Assembly (NCBI GenBank): GCA_038087875.1
Contig: CM075993.1
Location: 1,428,001 to 1,492,000 of the forward strand
Reading direction: 5' to 3'
Length of the DNA stretch: 64,000 nucleotides
Origin: Malacoraja senta
Lineage: Eukaryota
Shown piece by piece: positions 48,233 to 61,678 of this stretch (its first letter is position 1; each line of letters begins with the position of its first letter). A program made the translations under genes and the position numbers. The notes below the pieces were generated by a model. It had not been told where the DNA came from. It worked only from the letters and a program-made list of their open reading frames with translations, and did no database searches.

Positions 48233-49256
48233 TTAAGGCTCTCAATCTCAGAGATGTTTTTCATGTTTGTAAAGTTAGTGGGTGTAATCTATGGCTCCCG
48301 GTGTGAGAGGTCTGTTGGAGATGTGTTAGATTAGAGGGGGTAAATATAAAATGCTCTGCAAGTTATCCAAATGGAAAAAAACATCCTCCATTCAAAGTGT
48401 GGTGAGAATATGCAGTGTTTGGATAGCAATGCCTTTAGAAAGGCACAGATATACAGAGCAAAGGGTAAATGGATTAGGCTGGTTCTATCCTCCGAGGTTA
48501 GCCCAAACAGAATGGGCTCAAACAGCATCATCTTCCGTGTTGAAAATGTGCCAAGTGCCGAAGAATATGTGCACTTTGACCTACACAGTCGCAAATGGCT
48601 GTGGAGACTGTTTAGTGTGAACAGGGGCTTACAGCACAGTTATTCAACATAAATCCCAACATCTTCACCCTGCATGCTCCATTTTAACCTCACCCTGTCT
48701 TTCACAGAACATAGAACAGTAGAGGCCTTTCAGCCCACCACATCTGTGCTAAACATGCCAAGATAAACTATTCTTCACTGCCTGCACGTGATCCATATCC
48801 CTCCACTCCCTCCTAACCCCATGCTCCTACCTTCTCCCCATCACCCCTGACACCCGCTCTAATCAATAATCTATCTCTGCCTGAAAAATATCCACTGACT
48901 TGGCCTCCACAGCCTTCTGTGGCAAAGAATTCCACAGATTTGCCACCCTCTGACTAAAGAGATTCCTCCTCATCTCCTTCCAAAAGGAATGTCCTTTAAT
49001 TCTGAGGCTACGACCTCCGGTCCTAGACTCTCCCACTAGTGGAAACATCCTCTCCACGCCCACTCTATTCAGACCTTTCACTATTCTGTAGGTTTTAATG
49101 AGGTCCCCCCCTCATTCTTCTGAACTCCAGCGAGTACAGGCCCAGTGCCGACAAACGCTTCATTGATTTAACGCTGAATATTAATTGATTTGTATTGATA
49201 TTGAACAATTCAATGTGATGTCAACGCTTATTTTGGTTCTGTTTCTATCGATGTAG

Positions 49257-49402
49257 GAATGGGTCAGTTTTGAGCGATACGTCTATCAGCGTGCAACCGA
49301 ACACTATAACGCAAGCTGCTGCAGCCGAAATACTGGCCGATAACGCTCGGCAGTTTGACAGAGTGGGTCTAAACTTGGATGTCAACGCCCTTACCAACAC
49401 AA
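49257..49402 (+). CDS. Mucin exon: SEA-c1 C-terminal exon NGSVLSDTSISVQPNTITQAAAAEILADNARQFDRVGLNLDVNALTNT
   Basis: atgtag|G...ACA A|gtatgt; 146 nt; phases 2 and 1; completes FANG^SVLS. Confidence 0.87.
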
Positions 49403-49414
49403 GTATGTTGCTAT

Positions 49415-49915
49415 TCGTGCTATTGAGGGAGTGCAGCGTAGGTTAATTCCCGGGATGGCGCGACTGACAAATGATGAAAGAATAGATCAACTGGGCTTGT
49501 ATTCACTGTAATTTCGAAGGATGAGAGGGAATCTTATAGAAACATATAAAATTCTTAAGGGTTTGGACAGGCTAGATGCAGGAAAAATATTCCCCATGTT
49601 GAGGGAAGTCCAGAACCAGGGGGTCACAGTTTGAGAATAAGGGGCAGGCCATTTAGGACTGAGATGGGGGGAAAAAACTTTTCATCCAGAGAGTTGTGAA
49701 TCTGTGGAATTCTCCGCCACAGAAGGCAGTGGAGGCCAATTCACTGGATGTTTTCAAGTGAGAGTTAGATTTAGCTCTTTGGCCTAAGGGAATCAAGGGA
49801 TATGGGGAGAAAGCAGGAACGGGGTACTGATTTTGGATGATCAGCCGTGATCATATTGAATGGTGGTGCTGGCTCGAAGAGCCGAATGGCCTACTCCTGC
49901 ACCTATTGTCTATGT
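49415..49915 (+). mobile_element. CR1-clade LINE 3' fragment
   Basis: gctattgagggagtgcagcgtagg...ggggagaaagcaggaacggggtactga plus 3' UTR. Confidence 0.85.
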
Positions 49916-50754
49916 TTCTCGGTTTTTATGTGTCTATGGTATAATTCTCTAGAGAAGAAAACATCTCTAGCATGCGCTGTTTAAGCTGCAAGGCTGTAGA
50001 TCAACTAGCTGAATGGGGTAATGGGGTAATGGGGTGCTTGCGCTGCCTATTTGTCCCGATTTTCAAACTGATGTATGAGATTCTTTGGACGGGAGAAGCA
50101 ATGGAAGTGGCTGGGAAGTCAAGCCACCTGTCTCTTTAATTCTTCTCCCTGCTCCCATTTGCTTGCCTTTTGACAAAAGTTCAGTTTAGTTTATTGTCAC
50201 GTGTACAGTGAAAAGCTTTTGTTGCAGCGGAAAGACAACACATGATTACAATCGAACCGTCCACAGTGTACAGATACAGGATAAAGGGAATAACATTCAG
50301 TGCTAGATAAAGCCAGTGAAGTCCAATCAAAGATATAGTCCGAGGGTCACCAATGAGGTAGAGAGTAGTTCAGGACCACTCTCTGGTTGTGGTAGGATGG
50401 TTCAGTTGTCTGATAACAGCTGGGAAGAAACTCCTTGAATCTGGAGTGTGCATTTGCACGCTCACACCTCCAGAATCAGGGACAGTTTTTTATCGGACAA
50501 CTGGAAGCCAGAGATGAAAAAAACAGAAGGTGTGAGACATTTCTCATTCTTTTGTCTCACAACTTCTGTCTTTTCATCTCTGACCTTTGTCCACCTATCT
50601 GCCTATCAACACCCCCCCCTCCCCTTTGTCCTGACCCTCCTCCCTTCCAGCATTCTTCCCTCCCCCCCCCCCCCCCCGTAAAAATCACTCTGAAGAAAGG
50701 TCCCCATTGAAAATGATCCTCATGTATTCCAGGGATGCTGCGTGACTCGCTGAA

Positions 50755-51045
50755 TTTAGTTTAGTTGTGTGCTGTACCGTGTGGAAAGGCCCTTCGGCCC
50801 ATCGAGTCCATGCCGGCCAATGATCACCCGCACACTAGTTCTAGCCCACACCCCAGGAACAATTTACATTTTATTACCAAGCCAATTAACCTACAAACCT
50901 GCACGACTTTGGAGTGTGGGAGGAAACCGGAGCACCCGGAGAAAACCCACACGGCCACAGGGAGAAGGTACAAACTTGGTACAGGCAGCACCCGTAGTCA
51001 GGATCGAACCCGGGTCTAAGGCGCTGTGAGGCAGCAACTCTGCCG
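50755..51045 (-). mobile_element. V-SINE (HE1-like)
   Basis: Reverse complement of the consensus. Confidence 0.8.
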
Positions 51046-51647
51046 CCCAAACTGTTGCTCCAGCACTTTGCGTCTTTTCTTTTTCCTTTGTCAACAAGCA
51101 CCTGCTGTTCCTTTGCTTCTGTGCGCCCTGTCAAATGCCTGACCTCGTGTTACATGAGATGTTTGTGTCGTTCGCAGCGACTACTGTGGCAACAACCACA
51201 ACAGGAAGGACGTCCATGCTGACCAGCGACCACCCGCTCACACTAGCTCTATGTAGAGAGAGGGAAAGCAAGGGTTACTTGAAGTTAGAGAAGTCAATGT
51301 TCATACCGCTGGGGTGTAAGCTGCCCAAGCGAAATATGAGATGCTGTTCCTCCAATTTGCGCTGGGATGGAGGAGGCCCAGGACAGAAAGGCCAGTGTGG
51401 CAATGGGTGGGGGAGTTAAAGTGCTTCAATGGCGTCCAAAAGTTAAGTATCAGAATAATGAGCAAAATTAACATGACAAAATGGAGAGAATGTTGTCCAT
51501 AGCTTCCCTGTGGGATAGGAACACAGTGGGTCAGGCTCAGTAGTCGGAAGGCATAATGATATATATACGATATTAGAATATACATAAAAATATAATGATA
51601 TTAAGCTGCTTTACTAGATATTTATTTATCTATTTTATCTTCTCCAG

Positions 51648-53497
51648 GTACCACTGTGGATCCTACAACTACAGGTGCAACTGAATCACCAACTACACCT
51701 GAACCAACAACTACAGGTGTAACTGAAACACCAACTACACCTGAACCAACAACTACAGGTGTAACTGAATCACCAACTACACCTGAACCAACAACTACAG
51801 GTGTAACTGAATCACCAACTACACCTGAACCAACAACTACAGGTGTAACTGAATCACCAACTACACCTGAACCAACAACTACAGGTGTAACTGAATCACC
51901 ATCTACACCTGGAACAACAACTGCCAGTACAACTGAAACACCAACTACACCTGAACCGCCAACCTCCAGTACAACTGAAACACCAACTACACCTGAACCA
52001 ACAACTACAGGTGTAACTGAATCACCAACTACACCTGAACCAACAACTACAGGTGTAACTGAATCACCAACTACACCTGAACCAACAACTACAGGTGTAA
52101 CTGAATCACCAACTACACCTGAACCAACAACTACAGGTGTAACTGAATCACCAACTACACCTGAACCAACAACTACAGGTGTAACTGAATCACCAACTAC
52201 ACCTGAACCAACAACTACAGGTGTAACTGAATCACCAACTACACCTGAACCAACAACTAGAGGTGTAACTGAATCACCATCTACACCTGGAACAACAACT
52301 GCCAGTACAACTGAAACACCAACTACACCTGAACCGCCAACCTCCAGTACAACTGAAACACCAACTAAACCTGAACCAACAACTGCAGGTGTAACTGAAT
52401 CACCAACTACACCTGAACCAACAACTACAGGTGTAACTGAATCACCAACTACACCTGAACCAACAACTACAGGTGTAACTGAATCACCAACTACACCTGA
52501 ACCAACAACTACAGGTGTAACTGAATCACCAACTACACCTGAACCAACAACTACAGGTGTAACTGAATCACCATCTACACCTGGAACAACTGCCAGTACA
52601 ACTGAAACACCAACTACACCTGAACCGCCAACCTCCAGTACAACTGAAACACCAACTACACCTGAACCAACAACTACAGGTGTAACTGAATCACCAACTA
52701 CACCTGAACCAACAACTACAGGTGTAACTGAATCACCAACTACACCTGAACCAACAACTACAGGTGTAACTGAATCACCAACTACACCTGAACCAACAAC
52801 TACAGGTGTAACTGAAACACCAACTACACCTGAACCAACAACTACAGGTGTAACTGAATCACCAACTACACCTGAACCAACAACTACAGGTGTAACTGAA
52901 TCACCAACTACACCTGAACCAACAACTAGAGGTGTAACTGAATCACCATCTACACCTGGAACAACAACTGCCAGTACAACTGAAACACCAACTACACCTG
53001 AACCGCCAACCTCCAGTACAACTGAAACACCAACTAAACCTGAACCAACAACTGCAGGTGTAACTGAATCACCAACTACACCTGAACCAACAACTACAGG
53101 TGTAACTGAATCACCAACTACACCTGAACCAACAACTACAGGTGTAACTGAATCACCAACTACACCTGAACCAACAACTACAGGTGTAACTGAAACACCA
53201 ACTACACCTGAACCAACAACTACAGGTGTAACTGAATCACCAACTACACCTGAACCAACAACTACAGGTGTAACTGAATCACCAACTACACCTGGACCAA
53301 CAACTGCCATTACAACTGAAACACCATCTACACCTGGACCAACAACCTCCAGTACGACTGAATCAACTACAACCACACAAACTCTGGTTGTCGCTAATGT
53401 CCCGCTCTCTTTCAGTATTGCTGGTGATTTTGAACCAAGTTTAAATAATCCAAGTTCTCCCAGATTCCGATCCTTAGCTTCCGGTATTACTCGAGGG
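51648..53497 (+). CDS. Mucin exon: PTS domain 3 (about 41 x 14-aa repeats) plus N-terminal part of SEA-a3; intact reading frame
   Basis: tctccag|GT ACC ACT GTG GAT...SLASGITRG|gtaagt; 1850 nt; corresponds to ORF 51656-53533. Confidence 0.92.
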
Positions 53498-54984
53498 GTA
53501 AGTTCCCTTATTCTTTGTGGATCTATTTATTAATCTCTCATTGATCCTATTTCTTTTTATGAAATGATACGTTAGAAATGGTGATGGGGGATTTCAATAT
53601 GCAGGTAGACTGGGAAAATCAGGTTGGTTCAGGACCCCAAGAAAGAGAGTTTGTAGAATGCCTCTGAGATGGATTCTTAGAGCAGCTTGTAATGGAGCCG
53701 ACCAGAACCGACATGAAACATGAAATTAAAGTGACGAGTGGAAGGATTGGGGATGGGGGGGGGGGGGGGGGTGAATGGGAGTCAGTCTCAGTCTACTCCA
53801 TGACAGAAGGGGAGGAGTTGTACAGTTTGATAGCCAAAGGGAAGAAAGATCTCATGTGGAGTTCTGTGCTGCATCTTGGTGGAACCAGTCCGTTGCTGAA
53901 GGTGCTCCTCAGGTTGACCAGTGAGTCTTGGAGGGGGGTGGAGGGAGCTGTATTGTCCAGGATGCTCCCCTCCAAGACCACCTCCCATGAATCCCATCCG
54001 GAATGAACTGACAGAGGAGGTCGTTGACAGGTTTTGGAGCGTTCTTTTCCTTTTTAAGGAATACTGTCGAGGTTTTACAGTAGATGTTCTTAATGGCATG
54101 TTTTAATTTAGTGCGCTTTAAGTATAAGATTGGCACTTCAACAATAAAGTGCAGGATAACGTTACATCTCTGAATCTCTGAGGAGATTCGCTGAGTGGAG
54201 TTTCCTATCTTAAGCCACGTTGTCAGAGACAGGGCCATTTCAATCTTTCAAAAGAGAAATGCTCTGCATAATTTGGGGAAAATATTGTACAAGGAAACTA
54301 GTTAAGTGTGGCTGAATGATGCTGACCGGTTTGCCCTACTGGTTGCTAGCATGGGCCAGCTGGGCTGAATGGTCTCCTTCCCTGTCCTTATGTTCCATGA
54401 GTCTGATACTTGTACAGGACTGAGCAAATGCTCCAGTGATGAATAACGCAAAGTGCAGGAGTAACACAGCAGGTCAGGCAGCCTCTCCAAAAGACATGAC
54501 TAGGCGATGTTTCAGATTGGGACCCTTCTTTGGACTGATTGTCTGCACCCAAAATATCACCGATTCACTTTCTGTACAAAATGGTAAGAATGCTGTCCAT
54601 AGCTTCCCTGGGGGGTAGGAACACATTGGGTAAGGCTCAGTGGTCAGAAGGAATCATAATATATAAAAATATAAGATATTAGAATATTCACGGTCGAAGC
54701 AATGGAAGTGGCTGGGAAGTCAAGCCACCTGTCTCATTAATTCTCCTCCCTGTTCCCACTCTGATTTGCTTGCCCTTTGACCAAAGTTCAGTTCAGTTTA
54801 TTGTCATGTGTACCAAGGTAGAGTGAAAAGCTTTTGTTGTGTGCTAACCAGTCAGCGGAAAGGCAATACATGATGGTCGGTGATATGGCCACTCAAAATG
54901 TTAGTGTGGTTAACATTTCATAGTTTTGCTATTTATTTATTAAACGATTTCAAATTAATCTTCATATATCTATTTATTTTAAAG

Positions 54985-55043
54985 CTTAATATGGTGTATG
55001 GAAGCAACCCAAATTTTCGTCAAGGAATTGTCAATAGTTTCAG
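54985..55043 (+). CDS. Mucin exon: SEA-a3 middle exon
   Basis: Duplicate of 39866-39924. Confidence 0.88.
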
Positions 55044-56738
55044 GTAAGGAATATACAATTTGCATCTCTTGACCGTGGGCAGTCAATTAATTTAATATAT
55101 TTTAACCTCCACCTAAAGGGGGTGCGAATAGAAAAAAAATCAGGTCCACTGCAAGGAACCGACTAATGACTGGAGTTCTACCGTTAGAGCACAGAGGTTG
55201 ATTAGAGAAAATATGCCCCAGAACAGAGTACAACATGGGAACTGGACTTTCAGTCTGAAGAAGGGTCTCGACCCGAAACGTCACCCATTCCTTCTCTCCA
55301 GAGATGCTGCCTGTCCCGCTGAGTTACTCCAGCTTTTTGTGTCTATCTTCAGTTTGTTCCTTCCTGCACACTGGAACAGGCCTTTTTGCCCACTATGTTG
55401 TCCGTCCTGGTATTTTGCTCTGGTATTTTATTTAATTCACATGTTTAATCGATAATGTTTTATTATCAATGTTTAATGTTTTATGTGTCATTCCTAACTG
55501 TCACTGTATGTCATGTTGTCACTTCTGGCGGAGCACCAAGGCAAATTCCTTGTATGTGAATACTTGGCCAATAAACCTATTCATTCATTCATTCATTCAT
55601 ACAAGTAAACCCAATTATCTCCACATGGTATCTATCCATCTATTCCCAGCCTGTACATGTCTCTGTCTTAATGCCTCTAACATTGCTGTCATATTTATTG
55701 TACTTCCACCACCACCCATGTAGTATGTTCCAGGCACCCACCACTCTCTGTGTAAAAATCCTGCCTCCCATATCTGCTTTAAACTTCACCCCCCCTCTCA
55801 TCTTAAAGCTCTGCCCTCTAGTATTTGTCATTACTGGGGGGAAATATATATTGTCGACCCTATCTACACCTCTCAGAATTTTATAAACCTCTATCAGATC
55901 TCCCCTCGGCCTCTGATGCTCCACAGAAAACAATCCAAGTGTGTCTAACCTCTTCTTATAGCTATTACTCCTTAATCCAGGCATTGTTCCGTTTACAACC
56001 CAGCGGGATGAATATAGACAAAATGTGTAGGAATGAACTGGAGATATATAGACACAAGAAGCTGGAGTAACATGTGTCCTTTGAACTTTTGGCTTAAGAT
56101 GGTTCTGGATCTGGATTTAGAAACAAGGAACTGCAGATGCTGGTTAATACATAAAAGCGCACAAAGTGCAGGAGTAACTCAACAGCATCTCTGGAGAACA
56201 TGGATGGGTGATGTTTTGGGATGAGACCCTTCTACAGACTAAAGAAGGGTCTCGACCCGAAACATCACCCATCTTTTTTCTCCACCTTTACTCCAGCATT
56301 TTGTGTCTATCTTAGGGAAGGTTTAGAGCAGTGGTTCTTAACCTTTTTGGCACCAGTACGCGAATACGTGAACAAAATACTGTATGTGGTATGTACCTTT
56401 GTTAGGTTTCAACAAATTGATATGTTATTTGTGTCCCCTTAATGACCCCTGGAAGAGCCCCAAACGACCCCCACGGGGGGTTACGACCCCCAGGTTAAGA
56501 CCACTGGTTTAGAGGATATGGGCCCAACGCGGGCAAATGTGACTAGCCTAGATGGCCATCTTGGTCAGCATGGGCGGGTTGGGCCGAAGGGCCTGTTTCT
56601 GTGCTGTATGTCTATGGCCATCTATTACTAGTTCAATACTTGTTCCAAACTCCTGTCTAACCATAGCTCTCAATATGTGATTTGAAATAAACTGGATATT
56701 GCAGTTCATGTATTACCAGGTGAATTTATTTCTTCTAG

Positions 56739-56893
56739 GAATGGATCAATTGTCGCAAACTGTACCCTAGAGTATGAAAACAACGCCACACTGCCCACTG
56801 AGTCCGAAGTGGTGAGACTATTGCTGAATAATTTAGTAAACGGCACAGATTTAGGAAACGTCACACTTTTTCCAACGACCATCAGTTCTGGTG
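56739..56893 (+). CDS. Mucin exon: SEA-a3 C-terminal exon
   Basis: Duplicate of 41621-41775 and 34814-34968. Confidence 0.9.
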
Positions 56894-57847
56894 GTAAGTG
56901 TTATAAATCATGCTGCAACTTTCACAACGCAAGAGCTACCTGATTGATTGTTGCAAAGACTGATTCAAAGATCCTATAGCGGAGCTTGCTATAGGATCTT
57001 TGGACTGATGTACATGGATAGGCCAGGTGCGGAGGGACATGGACCAAACGCAGGCAGGTGGGACTAGTGTAGATGGGGCATGTTGGCCGGTGTGGGCAAG
57101 TTGGGCCGAAGGACCTGTTTCCACATTGTATCACTCTCTGACTAACTAGCAGGTTGAAGTTGACTGGTCAATGTTATTCGTAATGGTGAAAGGGTCAGAA
57201 ATAAAGATTCCATTGAAGACATTTCTCCCATATTCCCCCTAATAATGTTCTCACCCTGTGAATGAATTAAAAAAACTTGCATTGGAATACGTTTAAGAAA
57301 GAACTGCAGATGCTGGTAAAATCAAAGGTAGACACAAAATGCTGGAGAAACTCAGCGGGTGAGGCAGCATCTGTGGAGAGAAGGAATTGGCAACATTTCA
57401 GGTCGAGACCCTTCTATTTTTGATGTTCTGTTATAGTAAGTCACAAGGTGATGGAGAGATTTAGTGCAGCCCACAGGCCCTTCGGCCCACAGAGTCCATG
57501 CTGACCAGCGACCACCTGCTCACACTAGCTCTATGGAGAGAGAGGGAAAGCAAGGGTTACTTGAAGTTAGAGAAGTCAATGTTCATACCGCTGGGGTGTA
57601 AGCTGCCCAAGCGAAATATGAGATGCTGTTCCTCCAATTTGCGCTGGGATGGAGGAGGCCCAGGACAGAAAGGCCAGTGTGGCAATGGGTGGGGGAGTTA
57701 AAGTGCTTCATCGAAATGGCGTCCAAAAGTTAAGTATCAGAATAATGAGCAAAATTAACATGACAAAATGGAGAGAATGTTGTCCATAGCTTCCCTGTGG
57801 GATAGGAACACAGTGGGTCAGGCTCAGTAGTGGGAAGGCATAATGAT

Positions 57848-57884
<37 letters not shown>

Positions 57885-57968
57885 ATACGATATTAGAATA
57901 TACATGAAAATATAATGATATTAAGCTGCTTTACTAGATATTTATTTATCTATTTTTTCCTTCTCCAG

Positions 57969-58102
57969 GTACCACTGTGAACAATTTAGAGCCTATTTCT
58001 TTGAATATTTCCTATGTGATAGAAGATGTGGCTTTCAACATCACCCTCAACGACATGACTTCCACTCCATTTGGAGATCTCAGGTCTTCAGTGATTAATT
58101 GG
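57969..58102 (+). CDS. Mucin exon: SEA-b2 first exon
   Basis: Duplicate of 42852-42985. Confidence 0.85.
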
Positions 58103-58221
58103 GTATGTCACAGCAAATCGCTCGTCCATGTCTGTTTGCTTTGTCAAATGCAGGTTCACACGACTGAGACCAAGTGTAATGTTTATACCACTCACCCTTT
58201 TTGTTTCTTTTCACCAAACAG

Positions 58222-58286
58222 CTTAATCCAGTGTTGACTTCCGTCTTTCGTCCAAGTACCATGTCCAATTATAGTGTCAGTTTTAG
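58222..58286 (+). CDS. Mucin exon: SEA-b2 middle exon
   Basis: Duplicate of 43105-43169. Confidence 0.85.
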
Positions 58287-59567
58287 GTAAGTCTTCTGAA
58301 TCCTGACCCTTGTACACGGGGAGGGGAGGTGGGTGGGGGGGGGGGGGGGTAGTCTCACCATAATGTCACAGTGCTGCCTCTGAGAAATACCATAGAACAC
58401 CACCGAACAGGATCAGGCCCTTCAGCCCACAAAGCCCGTGCCGGCCATGATGCCAAGTTAAACTAATCTCCTGTGATCCGCATCCCACATCCATGCACAT
58501 CCATGTGTCTATCTGAGAAGGGACTTGACCCGAAACGTCCCCCATTCCTTCTCTCCAGAGATGCTGCTTGTCCCGCTGAGTTACTCCAGCATTTTGTGTC
58601 TATCATCTAGACCTTGACGTTTCCACCCTGCGGAAAAAGGTTCTGACTATCTACCCAGTCTACGCCTCTCATAATTTGTATATACTTTCTTCAGATACCC
58701 CCCCACCCACTCAACCTCTGATGTACTGGGAAAAATTGACAATAGACAATAGGTGCAGGAGTAGGACCTTTGGCCCTTCGAGCCAGCACCGCCATTCAAT
58801 GTGATCATGGCTGATCATCCCCAATCAGTACCCCGTTCCTGCCTTCTTCCCATATCCCCTGACTCCGCTATTTTTAAGAGCCCTATCTAGCTCTCTCTTG
58901 AAAGCATCCAGAGAACCTGCCTCCACCGCCCTCTGAGGTAGAGAATTCCACAGACTCGCCATTCTCTGTGAGAAAAAGTGTTTCCTTGTCTCCGTTCTAA
59001 ATGGCTTACTTCTTATTCTTAAACTGTGGCCCCTGGTTCTGGACTCCCCCAACATCGGGAACATGTTTCCTGCCTCTAGTGTGTCCAAGACCTTAACAAT
59101 CTTATATGTTTCAAATAATCCGGGTTTGTTCAAAATCTCCTTATAGTTAATAGCATCCAATAGCATTCTGGAAAACCTTCTGCACCCTCTCAAAGCCTCC
59201 ACATCGTTCCTGTAATGGGGCATCTAGAACTGCTCCCAATACTCCAGATACGGATAGACCAAAGTCCTGTAAATTTGCAACATGGCTTCCCAACTCTTAT
59301 ACTCAATGCCCTGTCCATTTTTAAGGCAGAGATAGATAGATTCTTGATTAGTACGGGTGTCAGGGGTTATGGGGAGAAGGCAGGAGAATGGGGTCCAGAG
59401 GGAGAGATACTTCAGCCATGATTGAATGGTGGGTTAGACTTGATGGGCCGAATGGCCTAATTCTGCTCCTATCGCTTAGCGCCTTATGATACAAGAATGT
59501 CAGCGGAAAGTCAATGATTCAGCTCTGTGACAAACCTCTGAATTGTGCGCCTGTGTTTATTTTTTAG

Positions 59568-59716
59568 CAATGTTAGAACAATGGTGCAAGTATCTACAAA
59601 CGTGCAGATCAACACCACCAACTTAGCGATTCAGCCAACAGTACTGCGTGACTTACTCATTCAAAATGTCAGTGCCTCGGGATTTGACATCGTCATCTCC
59701 AGTATTCGCGTGGACG
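59568..59716 (+). CDS. Mucin exon: SEA-b2 C-terminal exon
   Basis: Duplicate of 44450-44598. Confidence 0.85.
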
Positions 59717-61204
59717 GTAAGTCTCCTGGTGAACAGCTGTTACCCTCGACACTTTATAGTTCTTGGTTTCCTGGTCCTCCAAAAATATTCCAAAAATGGA
59801 ACATAAACTGGAGGTGGCGGAGGGTGGACTTAAGCAAAAAAGGGTTCTTGGAGAAGAGGAGCTACCTTAAATGTAGTTGTGTCTGATTGTGTAACTATGG
59901 TAGGGTGAAGACTATGAAGACTATAACATGGAGCTCAATGTCCCGCCTTGTGTAAATGGTTTAAAGTTGACTGATCTGAGTTGTCCAACGTCAGCCGACT
60001 GGGGCAGTGTTCTGAACTATGGACCAATAGTCAATGATAAACCAGCATCTGCAGTTCCTTCCTACACAGTGGTCATATGTTTGCATAGAATTCACTAAAG
60101 TGTTGCCATACCTATGCACAATACCTGATTCATTTCATGTGATAAGAGCAGAATTCGGCCATTCGGCCCATCACGTCTACTCCGCCATTCAATCATCTCT
60201 CCCTCCTAACCCCATTCTCCTGCCTTCTCCCCATAACCCCTGACACCCGTACTAATGATTTGCAAAGTGTACGGAACATGTCCACTGAGACCCGCATGCA
60301 AGAGGCGCCAGGTTTTGGTGCCATTTCCAAAGTCCAGTCCACACTCTAGGTCTTCTGGAGCGGTGGCCGATCCAGGGGAGCCCCAGGCTTCTGCAGGGCC
60401 TCCAGCTGTCGTCTTCGTCTGGATCGACCAGCGAACTGTCGTCCCTCTCCTCGCCCGGTCACCGCCATGACCTGGGAGAACCTCCCGCAGCCGACCTTGA
60501 GAACGCGGAAGGCCAGGCCCCGGATCACTCTCCTTCCGGCCTTGCTCCTCACGTCCGTCATCGCTGCCTCTCTCCTCTCTAGTCTCGGGCCTTCGGGGGA
60601 TGAGCAGGGACAGGCCTGACAGCTTCCCCGCTCAGCACACGGCCCGCCGTGTCTTTGATCGTTGCCGCGTCAACCACCAGTCCGGGCAGAGAGCTGTGTC
60701 GGGAAATTCACCAGGATGTTGCGAATCTAGTCGTGAATCTGTGGAATTCCCTGCCACAGAAGGCAGTGGAGGCCAATTCACTGGATGGTTTCAAGAAAGA
60801 GTTTGCTCTTAGGGCTAAAGGAATCAAGGAATATGGGGAGAAAGCAGGAACGCAGTACTGATTTAGGATGTTCAGCCATGATCATATTCAATGGCGGTGC
60901 TGGCTCAAATGGCCGAATGACCTCCTCCTGCTATTTTCTATGTTTCTCTGATATGGGCCAAACGCAGGCAGGTGGGCCTAGTGTAGATGGGACATGTTGG
61001 TCGGCATGGGCTAGTTGGGCCGAGGGGCCTGTTTCTGTGCTGTGTCACTCTGTGATGGACGTGTGGACTTGACACTTGACTTCTGAAGAAGGGTCTCGGC
61101 CCATTCCTTCTCTCCAGAGACGCTGCCTGTCACCCTGAGCTACTCCAGCTTCTTGTGCCTATCTTCGGTGTGGACTTGACATCTAGTTGTTCCTCCTCCC
61201 ACAG

Positions 61205-61329
61205 GTGTGAACCTTGACACTAGCAGTTTCGCACTGCAGCTTCGCTTCATCAATCAAATCTTCACAAGCGAGCTCAACATGAGAGGAAGCAGCAGTTTCA
61301 ACGCCCTCAGCTTCAACATAACAAGTGTG
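61205..61329 (+). CDS. Mucin exon: SEA-c2 first exon
   Basis: Duplicate of 46085-46209. Confidence 0.85.
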
Positions 61330-61499
61330 GTAGGTACTCCATATGGACTGAGATGCTGTGTGAAGATGCAGCTAACTTTCGAGAGCTGTGAGATATTTTA
61401 TGAATGATGTTTCTGGTTCTGGTTTGGTGCTAAGCTTATTTAAGATGGTTTATTGCACGTCCAATTCTACGAGGTAAAAACTTTCACAAACGTGGAATT

Positions 61500-61678
61500 C
61501 TTCTTCTTCTCGAGTCCACCCACAAGATTAGAAGTTGTTCAGCCAGAGCTGAACGCACTTCTCGGCATCTGCACACAATGGTGTCTGTCTTGTCGCTTCT
61601 TATGCTTCTTGTGCATGGTGGTGGAAAGATTGGTGGAAACAGGGCCGCGATCGACCTGAACGCTCTTTCCTTGACCCC
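61500..61678 (-). mobile_element. Duplicate of the HDV-ribozyme retroposon at 46380-46558 (ribozyme 61623-61678)
   Basis: Same TSD and flanks; copied by the segmental duplication rather than inserted independently. Confidence 0.85.

Noticed and set aside
48371..48652. 93-104 aa ORF MEKNILHSKC... (also 63502-63816)
   Set aside because: Intronic, no recognisable domain, C-termini differ by a frameshift between the two copies; recurrence is explained by the duplication.
51622..53376. Long minus-strand V/G/S-rich ORFs (also 30466-31140, 35985-36434, 38043-38267)
   Set aside because: Antisense shadows of the stop-free PTS repeats; no splice or start support.
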